This document shows, piece by piece, positions 45,231 to 55,384 of a stretch of 64,000 nucleotides of DNA. How positions within the stretch are numbered: position 1 is the stretch's first letter; each line of letters starts with the position of its first letter. The notes under the pieces are model-generated. The model had not been told where the DNA came from. It did not search any database and was given only the letters and a program-made list of their open reading frames with translations. The position numbers and the translations under genes were made by a program. This DNA comes from an uncultured bacterium (GTDB taxonomy: Bacteria > Verrucomicrobiota > Kiritimatiellia > RFP12 > UBA1067): contig CADCCW010000002.1 in assembly GCA_902800055.1 (NCBI GenBank), positions 6,169 to 70,168 of the forward strand, in the 5' to 3' direction.

Positions 45231-45962
45231 ATGCTAGAAGTCAAGAACCTTAAGAAGCGCTTCGGCGACTTCGAGGCGGTGAAGGGCGTTTCCTTCGTCG
45301 TCAACGAGGGCGAAGTGCTGGGCTTCCTGGGGCCGAACGGCGCCGGCAAGTCCACCACCATGCGAATGATCACCGGCTTTCTGCCGCCGACCGCCGGCAC
45401 CGCCGTCATCAACGGCCACGACATCGCCGCCGACCCGATCGCGGCCAAGGCCGACCTCGGGTACCTGCCGGAGTCCGCGCCGAGCTACAAGGCGATGACG
45501 GTCAGGGACTACCTGGCGTTCGTCGCGTCGGTCCGCCGCGACCGCTGCCCCGACGTCGCGAAGGCGGTGGAGGCGGCGATCGCCAAGGCGAAGCTCGAGG
45601 GCAAGGCCAACCAGACGATCGAGACGCTGTCGAAGGGCTACCGCCAGCGCACCGCGTTCGCGGCGGCGATCATCCACGACCCGAAGGTGCTGATCATGGA
45701 CGAGCCGACCGACGGCCTCGACCCCAACCAGAAGTTCACCGTCCGCGAGATGATCAAGGAGATGGCAGCGCAGGGCAAGGCGATCATCATCTCCACCCAC
45801 ATCCTCGAGGAGGTCGACGCGGTCTGCTCGAAGGTGGTGGTGATCGCCGACGGCGAGGTGAAGTTCGAGGGCTCGCCCGATGGGCTCAAGGCGCAGGATC
45901 CGTCTGGCAACGGCCGGCTTGACGAGGCGTTCCGCAGCCTCACGATGAAGGAGGCGAAGTGA
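45231..45962 (+). CDS. ABC-2 type transporter ATP-binding protein (GldA-like)
   Basis: Walker A GPNGAGKST, signature LSKGYRQR, Walker B LIMDEPTDGLD. The track ORF 44244..45962 is an over-extension running through the tRNA genes. Confidence 0.85.
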   Translation: MLEVKNLKKRFGDFEAVKGVSFVVNEGEVLGFLGPNGAGKSTTMRMITGFLPPTAGTAVINGHDIAADPIAAKADLGYLPESAPSYKAMTVRDYLAFVASVRRDRCPDVAKAVEAAIAKAKLEGKANQTIETLSKGYRQRTAFAAAIIHDPKVLIMDEPTDGLDPNQKFTVREMIKEMAAQGKAIIISTHILEEVDAVCSKVVVIADGEVKFEGSPDGLKAQDPSGNGRLDEAFRSLTMKEAK

Positions 45963-48541
45963 TGAAAAACGCCATTGCCGTCTTTAAGCGCGAGTTCAAG
46001 GCGTACTTCGACTCGCCGGTTGCCTATGTGTTCCTGGTGGCGTTCCTCGCGCTCGTCGGGTTCATGACCTTCGCCGTGGCGATGTTCTACGAGCGTCGCC
46101 AGGCCGACCTCGCCCCGTTCTTCTTCTGGCATCCGTGGGTGTACCTGCTGCTGGTGCCGGCGGCGACGATGGGCCTGTGGGCGGACGAGCGGCGCAACGG
46201 CACCGCGGAGCTGCTGCTGACGCTGCCGGTGACGCTCGTCCAGGTGCTGGTGGGCAAGTTCCTCGCCGCCTGGGCGTTCATCGCGATCGCTCTCGGCCTC
46301 ACCTTCCCGGTGGCGCTCACGGCCGGCTACCTCGGCTCGCCCGACTGGGGCGCGGTCGCCTGCGGCTACCTCGGCTCGCTGCTGCTCGCCGGCGCCGCGT
46401 GCGCGACGGGCGTCTTCGCCTCGTCGATTTCGAAGTCGAGCGTGATCGGCTTCGTCGTCTCGCTGGCGATGATCTTCATGCTGCTGATCGTCGGGTTCGA
46501 CCCGGTGGTCGGCGCGGTCGCGGGCTGGGGCGTCCCCACCTGGATCACCGACGCGGTGGCGGCGTGCTCGCTCCTCTCGCACTTCGAGGCGCTGCGGCGC
46601 GGCGTGGTGGACCTGGCGGACGTCGGCTACTATGTCGGCGTGATCGTCTTCATGCTGGCGGCGGCGAAGACGGTGACCGACGGCCGGCGCGGCGCTTCCA
46701 AGGGCGTCGTCGGTCTTGTCCTCATCGCGGTCGTCGCCGCGGCGGCGGACATAGTAATCGCCAAGCTGCCGCTTCGCGTCGACCTCACCGCGGAGAGGCT
46801 CTACACGCTCTCCTCCGGCTCGCGCGCGGTGCTCGGCAAGCTCGACCAGGACGTCACGCTCAAGCTCTACTTCAGCGCCTCGGCGCCGGACATGCCGATG
46901 GCGCTCAAGACCTACGCCCAGCAGGTCGAGAACCTGCTCAAGGAGTACGTGCGCGCGTCGGGCGGGCGCGTGGCGCTCGAGGCCTACGACCCGAAGCCGG
47001 ACTCCGACGCCGAGGAGTGGGCGCAGCGCTACGGCGTGGAGCCCCAGACGGCGAATCCGTTCGGCGCGCCGGTCTACTTCGGCGTCGTCGCGGTCTGCGG
47101 CGACCGCGAGGAGACGCTGGGCGTGGTCTCGCCCAAGACCGAGGCTACGCTCGAGTACGACCTCACCCGCCTCGTCACCCGCGTGGCGTGGCCGGAGCGT
47201 CCGGTCGTGGGGGTGATGACCTCGCTCGACGGCGTGCTCGGCGAGAAGCCGAACCCGATGGCGATGAGGATGGGTCAGCGTCCGCAGCAGGGCTGGGCGG
47301 CGTTCGCCGAGCTCGCGAAGGACTACGACGTGCGCGAGGTGGCGGTCGACGCGAAGGAGATCGACCCCGCGGTGAAGACGCTCGTCCTCCTGCACGCGAA
47401 GGACCTCTCGGACGCCACGCTCTACGCGATCGACCAGTTCGTCCTCCGCGGCGGCCGGCTCGTCGCCTGCGTGGATCCGTTCTCGATCAAGGACATGATC
47501 GCCTCGCGCCAGAGCCAGCCGAATCCGATGATGCAGATGGGCGGCGACGGCCCCTCGACGCTCGGCAAGCTCTTTGACGCGTGGGGCGTCAAGTTCGACA
47601 CCGGCAAGGTGGTCTGCGACCTCGAGGCGTCTACCCGCCTCGGCAACGGGCAGGGCGGCGTCGAGGACAACCCGGCGTTCCTCTCGCTTGGCAAGGCGAA
47701 CATGGACAAGGGCGACCTCCTCGTCTCACGCCTCAGCCAGGTGATGCTGCCGTTCGCGGGTGCGCTCGACTTCGCGAAGAAGGACATGGACCTCGTCTTC
47801 ACCCCGGTCATCACCACCTCGGAGAAGAACTCCTGCACGGTGGACAAGATGTCGCTGCAGTTCGGCGGCGGGGTGAAGGACATGGTTCCTGACGGGAAGG
47901 GGCGCGTCGTCGCGGCTCGCCTCGCCGGCACCTTCAAGACCGCGTACCCGAAGGGGCCGGACGGGACCAACGACGTCTCGAAGGCGCTTACCGAGGGCAA
48001 GGGCGCGGTGATGCTCGTCGCCGACACCGACTTCCTCGCCGACGACTTCTGCGTGCGGATCATCAAGACCCCGTTCGGCCAGATCCCGCAGCTCATCAAC
48101 GAGAACCTCACGCTCTTCGCGAACGTGATCGAGCAGTTTGCCGGCAACGAGGACCTGATCGGCGTCAGGAGCCGAGGCGCCTCGGACCGTCCGTTCACCA
48201 AGGTCAACGAACTCGAGGCGGAGGCGATGCGCAAGTGGCAGCAGAAGGAGGCCGACCTGCAGGCCGAGCTCGAGGCCACCCAGCAGCGGCTCCAGGCGCT
48301 GCAGAAGCAGAAGAGCGGCAGCGAGCGGATGATCCTCTCGAAGGAGCAGCAGGACGAGATCGTGCGCTTCCGCAAGAAGCAGGCCGACACCCGCCGCGAG
48401 CTCAAGAACGTGCGCAAGGAGCTGACGAGCGGCATCGACTCGCTCGGGCTGTTCCTCAAAGCGGTCAACATCGGCCTGATGCCGCTCGTTGTGGTGCTCT
48501 TCGGCCTCGGCCGCGGGTGGATGCGGAAGCGCCGCGCCTGA
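45959..48541 (+). CDS. fused ABC-2 permease (GldF-like) / GldG-like auxiliary component
   Basis: N-terminal 6-TM ABC-2 permease followed by a large GldG-type domain and a C-terminal coiled-coil plus TM anchor; 860 aa. Confidence 0.7.
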   Translation: MMKNAIAVFKREFKAYFDSPVAYVFLVAFLALVGFMTFAVAMFYERRQADLAPFFFWHPWVYLLLVPAATMGLWADERRNGTAELLLTLPVTLVQVLVGKFLAAWAFIAIALGLTFPVALTAGYLGSPDWGAVACGYLGSLLLAGAACATGVFASSISKSSVIGFVVSLAMIFMLLIVGFDPVVGAVAGWGVPTWITDAVAACSLLSHFEALRRGVVDLADVGYYVGVIVFMLAAAKTVTDGRRGASKGVVGLVLIAVVAAAADIVIAKLPLRVDLTAERLYTLSSGSRAVLGKLDQDVTLKLYFSASAPDMPMALKTYAQQVENLLKEYVRASGGRVALEAYDPKPDSDAEEWAQRYGVEPQTANPFGAPVYFGVVAVCGDREETLGVVSPKTEATLEYDLTRLVTRVAWPERPVVGVMTSLDGVLGEKPNPMAMRMGQRPQQGWAAFAELAKDYDVREVAVDAKEIDPAVKTLVLLHAKDLSDATLYAIDQFVLRGGRLVACVDPFSIKDMIASRQSQPNPMMQMGGDGPSTLGKLFDAWGVKFDTGKVVCDLEASTRLGNGQGGVEDNPAFLSLGKANMDKGDLLVSRLSQVMLPFAGALDFAKKDMDLVFTPVITTSEKNSCTVDKMSLQFGGGVKDMVPDGKGRVVAARLAGTFKTAYPKGPDGTNDVSKALTEGKGAVMLVADTDFLADDFCVRIIKTPFGQIPQLINENLTLFANVIEQFAGNEDLIGVRSRGASDRPFTKVNELEAEAMRKWQQKEADLQAELEATQQRLQALQKQKSGSERMILSKEQQDEIVRFRKKQADTRRELKNVRKELTSGIDSLGLFLKAVNIGLMPLVVVLFGLGRGWMRKRRA

Positions 48542-48587
48542 GGCGCGGCCTGGACACGGCAACGGCAATCGGAAAGGAACCTCTGAA

Positions 48588-49469
48588 ATGACGAACAAGA
48601 ATCTGGCGATGCTCGCGGTAGCGGCGGTCGCGCTCGGCGGCGCGGCGCTCTACCTGAACAGCTCCTCGCGTCCGACGGGCGCGAAACTGAACGGCGAGAA
48701 GGTGCTCCCCGGCCTCGACGCGGCCGAGGTGGCGTCTATCGAATTCGGCGAGAAGCTCAAGCTCTCGGCCGGCGACGGCGGCTGGAAGATCGACACCTAC
48801 TACGGCTATCCGGCCGACCGCACGAAGATCGCGGACAACCTGATGAAGCTCGTCGAGCTCAAGGTGGGCCAGGTAGCGCGCGGGAAGAAGATCGAAAAGC
48901 CAGAGAGCCTGGTGCTGCGCGACGCCGCGGGGAAGGCGCTTGCGGAGCTGCCGCTCGGCGAGCGCCACGCGAAGTGGGGCCACGGCCGCTACGCGCTCTA
49001 CAAGGGCGAGGCGGTGCTCCTCTCCGACCAGCTCGACGCGTTCGAGTCGACCGACGCCGACGCGGACGCCAAGCGCTGGTGCGAGACGAAGATCGTCGAC
49101 GAGCCGTGGATCAGCTTCAACAAGGTGGCCGACCCGAAGGCGGATGCCGCGGACTACGGCTTCGCGACCGGCGTCGTCGCCAAGGTGACGATCGGCGGCG
49201 ACACCAACCGCACCATCACCGTCGGCGCTCCGGTCAAGGGCGGCTCCGACCGCTATGTCAAGCTCGACGGCTCCGACTGGGTGTACGAGGTTTCGTCCTA
49301 TTCGGTGGAGAAGTTCCTGCCCAAGCCCGAAGAGCCAAAGACTGAGGCGAAGACTGAGGAGAAAGCTGCGGAGCCTGAGGCCGAGGCGAAGGCCGAGGAA
49401 CCAGCCAAGGTTGAAGCTCCTATCAAGGTTGAGGAGCCAGCCAAGTCCGAAGCGCCGGCAAAGGAGTGA
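48588..49469 (+). CDS. DUF4340-domain protein (GldG-associated)
   Basis: N-terminal anchor, DUF4340-like region, Lys/Glu/Ala/Pro-rich C-terminal tail; commonly co-located with GldG-like genes. Confidence 0.5.
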   Translation: MTNKNLAMLAVAAVALGGAALYLNSSSRPTGAKLNGEKVLPGLDAAEVASIEFGEKLKLSAGDGGWKIDTYYGYPADRTKIADNLMKLVELKVGQVARGKKIEKPESLVLRDAAGKALAELPLGERHAKWGHGRYALYKGEAVLLSDQLDAFESTDADADAKRWCETKIVDEPWISFNKVADPKADAADYGFATGVVAKVTIGGDTNRTITVGAPVKGGSDRYVKLDGSDWVYEVSSYSVEKFLPKPEEPKTEAKTEEKAAEPEAEAKAEEPAKVEAPIKVEEPAKSEAPAKE

Positions 49470-49492
49470 CTTCGCGCTTGAAGACGAGGGCC

Positions 49493-49509
49493 GTTTTTTG
49501 ATATAATAC
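49493..49509 (+). promoter_or_regulatory. extended -10 promoter GTTTTTTGATATAATAC upstream of secY
   Basis: Conserved motif; ~45-nt leader with GAGGAG SD. Confidence 0.5.
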
Positions 49510-49554
49510 GCAAATAATTTCCAATCTGTCCAAGAAAGAAGAGGAGATAAAGAC

Positions 49555-50943
49555 ATGTCGATGATGAAGGGGTTTTCGAATGCGTTCCGCATCCCCGAGC
49601 TCCGCAAAAAGATCCTGATTACGCTGGGTCTCGTGTTCGTATGCCGTCTGGTGTCGCAGATTCCGACACCTGGTGTGGACTGGCAGACGCTCCAGAAACT
49701 GGTGGCCGACCTAAAGTCGCAGTCCGGCGGCGGCGGCATGCTCGACCTCTTCGACGTATTCACCGGCGGCGCGCTTGGGCAGTGCGCGATCGGCTTCCTC
49801 TCAATCTGGCCCTACATCTCGGCGCAGATCGTGATCCAGCTCCTCTCCTCGGTCATTCCTTCGCTTGAGAAGCTGAAGAAGGAAGGGGAGTCTGGCCGCC
49901 AGCAGCTCGCGCAGATCACGCGGTGGCTCACGATTGTCCTCTGCGTGGTGCAGTCGTGGGGCATTGCGACGGCGCTCAGCCACCCGTCCGCGCTCGGCGA
50001 GGCGTTTGCCGGCGTGGAGATCGTGACCAACCCTGGCATCGGATTCCACCTGATGACGGTGATCGGCATGACGACAGCGTCGCTCTTCGTGATGTGGCTT
50101 GCCGACCAGATCACCACCTTCGGCATCGGCAACGGCGCGTCGCTGATCATCATGATCAACATCACCTCGCGCCTCCCGGCGGCGCTCATCAGCGCGTGGG
50201 AGCGCTACTTCGGCCTCGCGGGCGTCGAGGCTTCGGCGCCGATTGCCGAGATGCCGATCGTGGTCGGCTTCTTCCTGCTGGTGGTGATGGGCACGGTGAT
50301 GCTCACCCAGGGCGTGAGGAAGGTGACAATCAACTCCACCAGCCGCAGCGCGGCTGGCGGCGGCTCCTACGGCGCGATGCGCCAGACGTTCATGCCGCTG
50401 AGGGTGAACTACACTGGCGTCATGCCGATCATCTTCGCCCAGCCGCTCATCTCGCTGCCGGCGGCGCTGCTGCAGCGCTTCACCGCGTCGGGGACGCGCC
50501 TCCACGAGTTCGCGCAGCGCCTCGGCGACAGCGGCTCGGCCCTGCACCTCGTCGTATACGCCGCGCTGATCATGTTCTTCGCGTTCTTCTGGGTGGCCAC
50601 GCAGTTCAACGCAGTGGACATCTCCGAGAACCTCAAGAAGGGCGGCTCGTACATCCCGGGTATCCGCCCCGGCCGCGCCACGGCGGAGTACCTCGACGAC
50701 ATGATGACAAAGATCACCCTCATCGGCGGCACGGGCCTTTTGATCGTCGCGATCATCCCGATGATCCTAATGGGCTGGATGCACATCCCGTGGGCGATCG
50801 CCTCGTTCTTCGGCGGCACCTCGCTCCTGATTATCGTGGGCGTGGCGCTCGACACGCTGCGCATCATGGAGTCGCATCTGCTGGTTAGGAAGTACGACGG
50901 GTTCCTCTCGCACGGCTCGCTCCGCGGGCGCGGAGGGGTGTGA
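49555..50943 (+). CDS. secY: preprotein translocase subunit SecY
   Basis: 10 TM helices, conserved SecY plug and gate motifs; stand-alone (not in the spc ribosomal operon). Confidence 0.9.
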   Translation: MSMMKGFSNAFRIPELRKKILITLGLVFVCRLVSQIPTPGVDWQTLQKLVADLKSQSGGGGMLDLFDVFTGGALGQCAIGFLSIWPYISAQIVIQLLSSVIPSLEKLKKEGESGRQQLAQITRWLTIVLCVVQSWGIATALSHPSALGEAFAGVEIVTNPGIGFHLMTVIGMTTASLFVMWLADQITTFGIGNGASLIIMINITSRLPAALISAWERYFGLAGVEASAPIAEMPIVVGFFLLVVMGTVMLTQGVRKVTINSTSRSAAGGGSYGAMRQTFMPLRVNYTGVMPIIFAQPLISLPAALLQRFTASGTRLHEFAQRLGDSGSALHLVVYAALIMFFAFFWVATQFNAVDISENLKKGGSYIPGIRPGRATAEYLDDMMTKITLIGGTGLLIVAIIPMILMGWMHIPWAIASFFGGTSLLIIVGVALDTLRIMESHLLVRKYDGFLSHGSLRGRGGV

Positions 50944-51446
50944 CCCCGGTCCGCAAGATCCTGTCCCACGACAGCGGCCCGTTCTGGCAGTTCGTCAAGT
51001 ACGGCGCCATCGGGGTAATGGCGACCCTCGTGCAAACGGGGGTCTTCTACATCATGGCTGCTACCTGCCTCAAGTGCCTGACGGCCGACGACTGGGCGGT
51101 GCGGTTGCTGGGGCTGCCCTCGGCCGCCTTCACCGGCGAGGAGGCGTGGTACGCCTCGCGCGGGACGCTGGCGGCGGCCGCGACGGCGGTTGGCTTCGTG
51201 GTCGCCAACGTCTTCTGCTGGCTGATGAACCGCTGGTTCGTGTTCCGGCCCGGCAAGTTCAGGTGGCATATTGAGCTCGCGATGTTCTTCGGCGCGTCCA
51301 CGCTGGCGACGGTCATCGCGCTTTCGGTCATGAAGTTGCTGATCGACCAGTTCGGGATGATGACGACGCTCGCGGTGTTCGTCGAGATCGTGGTCTCGTT
51401 CATGGTCAACTTCTTCGTCCGCAAGTTCTTCATCTTCAAGGGGTAG
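50940..51446 (+). CDS. GtrA-family membrane protein
   Basis: 168 aa, 4 TM, FxKYGAIG..VQTGVFY N-terminus typical of GtrA; GTG start overlapping the secY stop. Confidence 0.6.
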   Translation: MTPVRKILSHDSGPFWQFVKYGAIGVMATLVQTGVFYIMAATCLKCLTADDWAVRLLGLPSAAFTGEEAWYASRGTLAAAATAVGFVVANVFCWLMNRWFVFRPGKFRWHIELAMFFGASTLATVIALSVMKLLIDQFGMMTTLAVFVEIVVSFMVNFFVRKFFIFKG

Positions 51447-51450
51447 GGAA

Positions 51451-52914
51451 ATGGCACGATTCGGCATCAGATTGGCTATGGCGGCGATTGCCGCGTCGGC
51501 GGCGCTTGCTGCGGCAGAGCTCGACGAGGGGACGCAGCAGCCGGCGCTCCAGCCCCAGGCCGCGCCCGACATTGAGACGCGGATTGTCAAGCTCAGCCAT
51601 GCGTCGGCGACGGAGGTGGCCGAGAAGCTGAACATGATGTGGAACGGCGAGTTCGGCCAGGTGTGGAAGGTGACGAAGATGGCGGTCGCCTATCCCGAGT
51701 CGAACTCGATCATGCTGACGGCCCCGAAGGCCATTCTCGACGCGTGCGAGAAGGCGCTTGCCGCGCTGGACGTGGAGGCGCAGCAGGTCTACATCGAGGC
51801 GAGGTTCGTGGAGCTCGGCAACACCGCCTCGCACAAGGTCGGCATCGACTGGTCGATGCTTGACGGCGTGAAGGGCACGGCGACGCTCGGCGGCGGCATG
51901 AACGGCCGCTATGTCGGCGACGCGGTGTCAGAGTTCTCCACCCGGACGGGGGCGAACGAGTACAACGGCACCGAGTACAAGGTCGGCGGCTCGGGCGGAC
52001 GCGACGGCTCGATCACCTACTTCAACGGCACGCTGAACTTCTCGGAGATGTCGCTGACCCTGCGCGCGCTTGACGCGACCGAGGACGCGAAGACGTTCTC
52101 CAACCCGAAGATCATCGTCTCCTCAGGCAAGAAGGCGCTGGTGGACATGACGACGAAGTACCCGAACGTCAAGGTCGCCGCGAAGCGCACCGAGGCGAGC
52201 GGCTCCACCTCGCTCGACATCGCCTCCAACCTGGAGGCGATTCCCGGCGAGGACAAGTTCATGTTCGCGAAGGAGGCGTTTTTCAGCTGGGGCATCTCGC
52301 TCGAAGTGACGCCGCGCGTCGGCACCAACGGCCTCATCAACGTGACGATCGTACCCACCATCTCCTCGCTCAGGGACTGGGTGTTCACCGGCACTGCGTC
52401 GACGGACGACTCGGGCACTATCTCCTCGAAGTACCCGGAGATCGAGGTGCAGCGCCTGGTGACTGAGTTCAACCTCGCGAGCGGCACCACCGCGGTGATC
52501 GGCGGCCTTTCTGTCACCGAGGAACGCCAGGTCGACAACGGCATTCCGCTCCTTCGGTCCATCCCCTGGATCGGCCAACGCCTCTTCGGCAGCATGGAGC
52601 GGGTCAAGGAGCAGAAGGAGATTATCGTCTTCGTCACCGTCGGGCTCGTAAACCCCCGGGAGATCAGCGCTGACGCGGGGCTTCCCAAGAACGCCGTCTT
52701 GGGCCGCCAGTACACCAAGGGTCAGAAGCTTGAGCCCGGCGACCGCCCCGAGCGCAGCATGGAGGGGCTGGAGTCGCTGGACATGCGCCTCCTTGAGGAG
52801 CAGGCCAAGGACCCGCTCAAGACCCAGAAGAAGAACGGCGATTTCCGCTTCAGCGACTACATGCCGTTCACCAAGGACGAAAATTACAACAAGAACTCCA
52901 AGGAAAGGGAATAA
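51451..52914 (+). CDS. secretin (GspD/PilQ superfamily outer-membrane channel)
   Basis: Signal peptide, secretin-N-like domain (IVKLSHASATEVAEKL), C-terminal secretin domain with ..GIPLLRSIPWIGQRLFG..IIVFVTVGLV. Confidence 0.75.
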   Translation: MARFGIRLAMAAIAASAALAAAELDEGTQQPALQPQAAPDIETRIVKLSHASATEVAEKLNMMWNGEFGQVWKVTKMAVAYPESNSIMLTAPKAILDACEKALAALDVEAQQVYIEARFVELGNTASHKVGIDWSMLDGVKGTATLGGGMNGRYVGDAVSEFSTRTGANEYNGTEYKVGGSGGRDGSITYFNGTLNFSEMSLTLRALDATEDAKTFSNPKIIVSSGKKALVDMTTKYPNVKVAAKRTEASGSTSLDIASNLEAIPGEDKFMFAKEAFFSWGISLEVTPRVGTNGLINVTIVPTISSLRDWVFTGTASTDDSGTISSKYPEIEVQRLVTEFNLASGTTAVIGGLSVTEERQVDNGIPLLRSIPWIGQRLFGSMERVKEQKEIIVFVTVGLVNPREISADAGLPKNAVLGRQYTKGQKLEPGDRPERSMEGLESLDMRLLEEQAKDPLKTQKKNGDFRFSDYMPFTKDENYNKNSKERE

Positions 52915-52918
52915 CCAA

Positions 52919-53944
52919 ATGAAAACCAGACTAGTCGTCGCGCTCATCAGCGCGCTCGCAGCCTCCGCCGCGATGGCGGACAAGCTCTACCTCAAGTCCG
53001 GCTCGATGCTGACCGGCAAGGCGGGCGCCGCCTCCACCGGCGAGCTCGTGTTCGTGTCAGACGACCTCGGCGAGGTCAAGGTGAAGCTCGAGAACATAGA
53101 GCGGCTCGAGGACGCCGGCAGCCACGTCGTGCGCTACAACGACGACACCAACGAGACGATGGGACTCGCCGTCGAGAAGGGCGCCTGGAAGAAGGGCGAC
53201 AAGCCGCTCGACATGGCGAACGTCAAGGAGATCGACCCCGAGGTCGAGACCTGGCACGGCAGCGTCAACGGCGCGTTCAACGCCGCGCGCGGAAACACCG
53301 TCGAGAACTCCTGGAGCGTGCTCGCGAACGTCAACCGCCGCTGGGAGAAGGACCGCTTCAACGCGACCTTCGGCTACTACTACAGCGAGAAGGGTACCGC
53401 CGACACCGACAAGGAGCGTTCCACCGACCGCTGGGAGGCCGAGGCGCAGCACGACCACTTCTGGCTGACCAAAGTCTACACCTACGAGAACCTCCGCTAC
53501 GACCGCGACATGATCCAGGCCCTCGAGGCGCGCTACCGCGTCGGCATCGGCGCCGGTTACCAGTGGCTCGAGAAGAGCCTCTTCGAGGCGACCGGCAAGT
53601 GGAGCTTCAACCAGGAACTTGGCGTCAACTGGATCAAGGAGGAATACAAGGAGAACAACGACGACGCGAAGAAGGACGGCTTCTGCGCGCTTCGCTATGC
53701 CCACCATCTCCTGTGGCTGCCGAAGTGGAATGACGGCATCGAGGCGTTCCACAACTTCGAGATCCTGCCCGAGGTCGACGAATGGGAGAAGTTCCTCGCC
53801 AAGGCCGACGTCGGCTTTGCCATCAAGCTCATCTACGACTTTGACCTCCTGGCGAAGATCGAGTGGGAATTCAACTCCATGCCCGCCGGCACGCGCAAGA
53901 AGGACGACGTGAGGTACATCGTCGGCCTCGGCTACAAGTGGTAG
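52919..53944 (+). CDS. DUF481 family outer-membrane beta-barrel protein
   Basis: Signal peptide; alternating amphipathic beta-strand pattern; C-terminal aromatic residue (W); the track ORF 52730.. is over-extended. Confidence 0.55.
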   Translation: MKTRLVVALISALAASAAMADKLYLKSGSMLTGKAGAASTGELVFVSDDLGEVKVKLENIERLEDAGSHVVRYNDDTNETMGLAVEKGAWKKGDKPLDMANVKEIDPEVETWHGSVNGAFNAARGNTVENSWSVLANVNRRWEKDRFNATFGYYYSEKGTADTDKERSTDRWEAEAQHDHFWLTKVYTYENLRYDRDMIQALEARYRVGIGAGYQWLEKSLFEATGKWSFNQELGVNWIKEEYKENNDDAKKDGFCALRYAHHLLWLPKWNDGIEAFHNFEILPEVDEWEKFLAKADVGFAIKLIYDFDLLAKIEWEFNSMPAGTRKKDDVRYIVGLGYKW

Positions 53945-53968
53945 TCTAATCCCCGATTCGGGTGCGAA

Positions 53969-55372
53969 ATGAGAGTGGCGATCGCCTATCCTCCGCTTCC
54001 AAGCGGCAACGGCGTGCCGCTGCTCACGCAGAACCGCCAGTTCCAGTGGTTCTCGCGCCCGACCTACATCTTCCCCGTCGTCCCCGCGACCGCGGCGACG
54101 ATGCTCGCCAGGGCCGGACACGAGGTGCTGTTCCTGGACGGCATCGCCGCCGAGATGACGGCTGAGGAGTTCGAGGCGAAGCTCGCCGCCTTCGCGCCCG
54201 AGCTTGTCGTCCTCGAGACCAAGACCCCGGTCGTCAAGCGCCACTGGCAGTGGATCGCCGACCACCCGTCGTTCAAGTGCGTGCTCGTGGGCGACCACGT
54301 TACCGCGCTTCCCGAGGAGTCGATCGCGAAGAAGGGGGTCTGGGCGGTGATTCCTGGCGGCGACTGGGACTTCGGGCTCCTCGACTTCGTCGCCGACGGC
54401 TGCCCGATGGGCGTCAGGCCGTTCGCGCTCCGGGAGTCGCTCGACGGCATGCCGTGGATCGACCGCGACCTCGTCCACTGGGAGCTCTACGCGAAGAAGA
54501 ACGGCAACTTCCGCCGCACCCCCGGGACCTACGTGATGTCCGGGCGCGACTGCTGGCACGGCAAGTGCACCTTTTGCAGCTGGACTACCCTCTACCCGCG
54601 CTACCGCACCCGCAACCCGGTCGACGTCGTCGACGAGATCGAGATGCTGGTCGGGAAGTACCGGGTGAAGGAGATCATGGACGACTCCGGCACCTTCCCG
54701 GTCGGCGAGTGGCTGAGGACGTTCTGCAACGAGATGATCCGCCGCGGACTCCCGAAGAAGGTGCGCATCGACTGCAACATGCGCTTCGGCCGCCTCGGCC
54801 CCGAGGACTACAAGCTTATGCGGAAGGCCGGCTTCCAGTTCGTTCTTTTCGGCGTCGAGAGCGCCAACCAGGAGACGCTCGACCGCTTTAACAAGGCGCT
54901 CAAGGTGGAAGACGTCGAGAAGGGCGCGAAGTGGGCGACTGAGGCCGGGCTCGACGTCCACCTCACCTTCATGTTCGGCCACGCCTGGGAGGGACCGAAG
55001 GAAATCGCCAACACCGTGGCGCTCGCGCGGCGGCTGCTCGCTAAGGGCTGGGCGAAGACCCTCCAATGTACGCTGACGATACCGTACCCTGGCACGCCGC
55101 TCTTCAAGGAGCTCCAGGCTGCGGACGGCCTCGCCACCCTCGACTGGGACGAATACGACATGCGGCGCGCGGTCACCAAGACGCCGCTCGCGAGCGAGGA
55201 GGAGATCAAGCGCGCCATCCGCGAGGTCTACCGCGGCTTCCTGCAGCCTGCCGCGCTCTGGCACCGCCTCACCTCCACCCGCACCCTCTTCGACATCGGT
55301 TTCTACTACCGCGGCCTCCGTTCGCTTTTCGGCCATCTTGCCGACTTCCGCGGCGGCAGCCGCGGCTGCTGA
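53969..55372 (+). CDS. B12-binding domain-containing radical SAM protein
   Basis: N-terminal B12-binding region followed by the CxxxCxxC radical SAM motif (CWHGKCTFCSW); 467 aa. Confidence 0.75.
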   Translation: MRVAIAYPPLPSGNGVPLLTQNRQFQWFSRPTYIFPVVPATAATMLARAGHEVLFLDGIAAEMTAEEFEAKLAAFAPELVVLETKTPVVKRHWQWIADHPSFKCVLVGDHVTALPEESIAKKGVWAVIPGGDWDFGLLDFVADGCPMGVRPFALRESLDGMPWIDRDLVHWELYAKKNGNFRRTPGTYVMSGRDCWHGKCTFCSWTTLYPRYRTRNPVDVVDEIEMLVGKYRVKEIMDDSGTFPVGEWLRTFCNEMIRRGLPKKVRIDCNMRFGRLGPEDYKLMRKAGFQFVLFGVESANQETLDRFNKALKVEDVEKGAKWATEAGLDVHLTFMFGHAWEGPKEIANTVALARRLLAKGWAKTLQCTLTIPYPGTPLFKELQAADGLATLDWDEYDMRRAVTKTPLASEEEIKRAIREVYRGFLQPAALWHRLTSTRTLFDIGFYYRGLRSLFGHLADFRGGSRGC

Positions 55373-55384
55373 GCGGCAGAGTTC

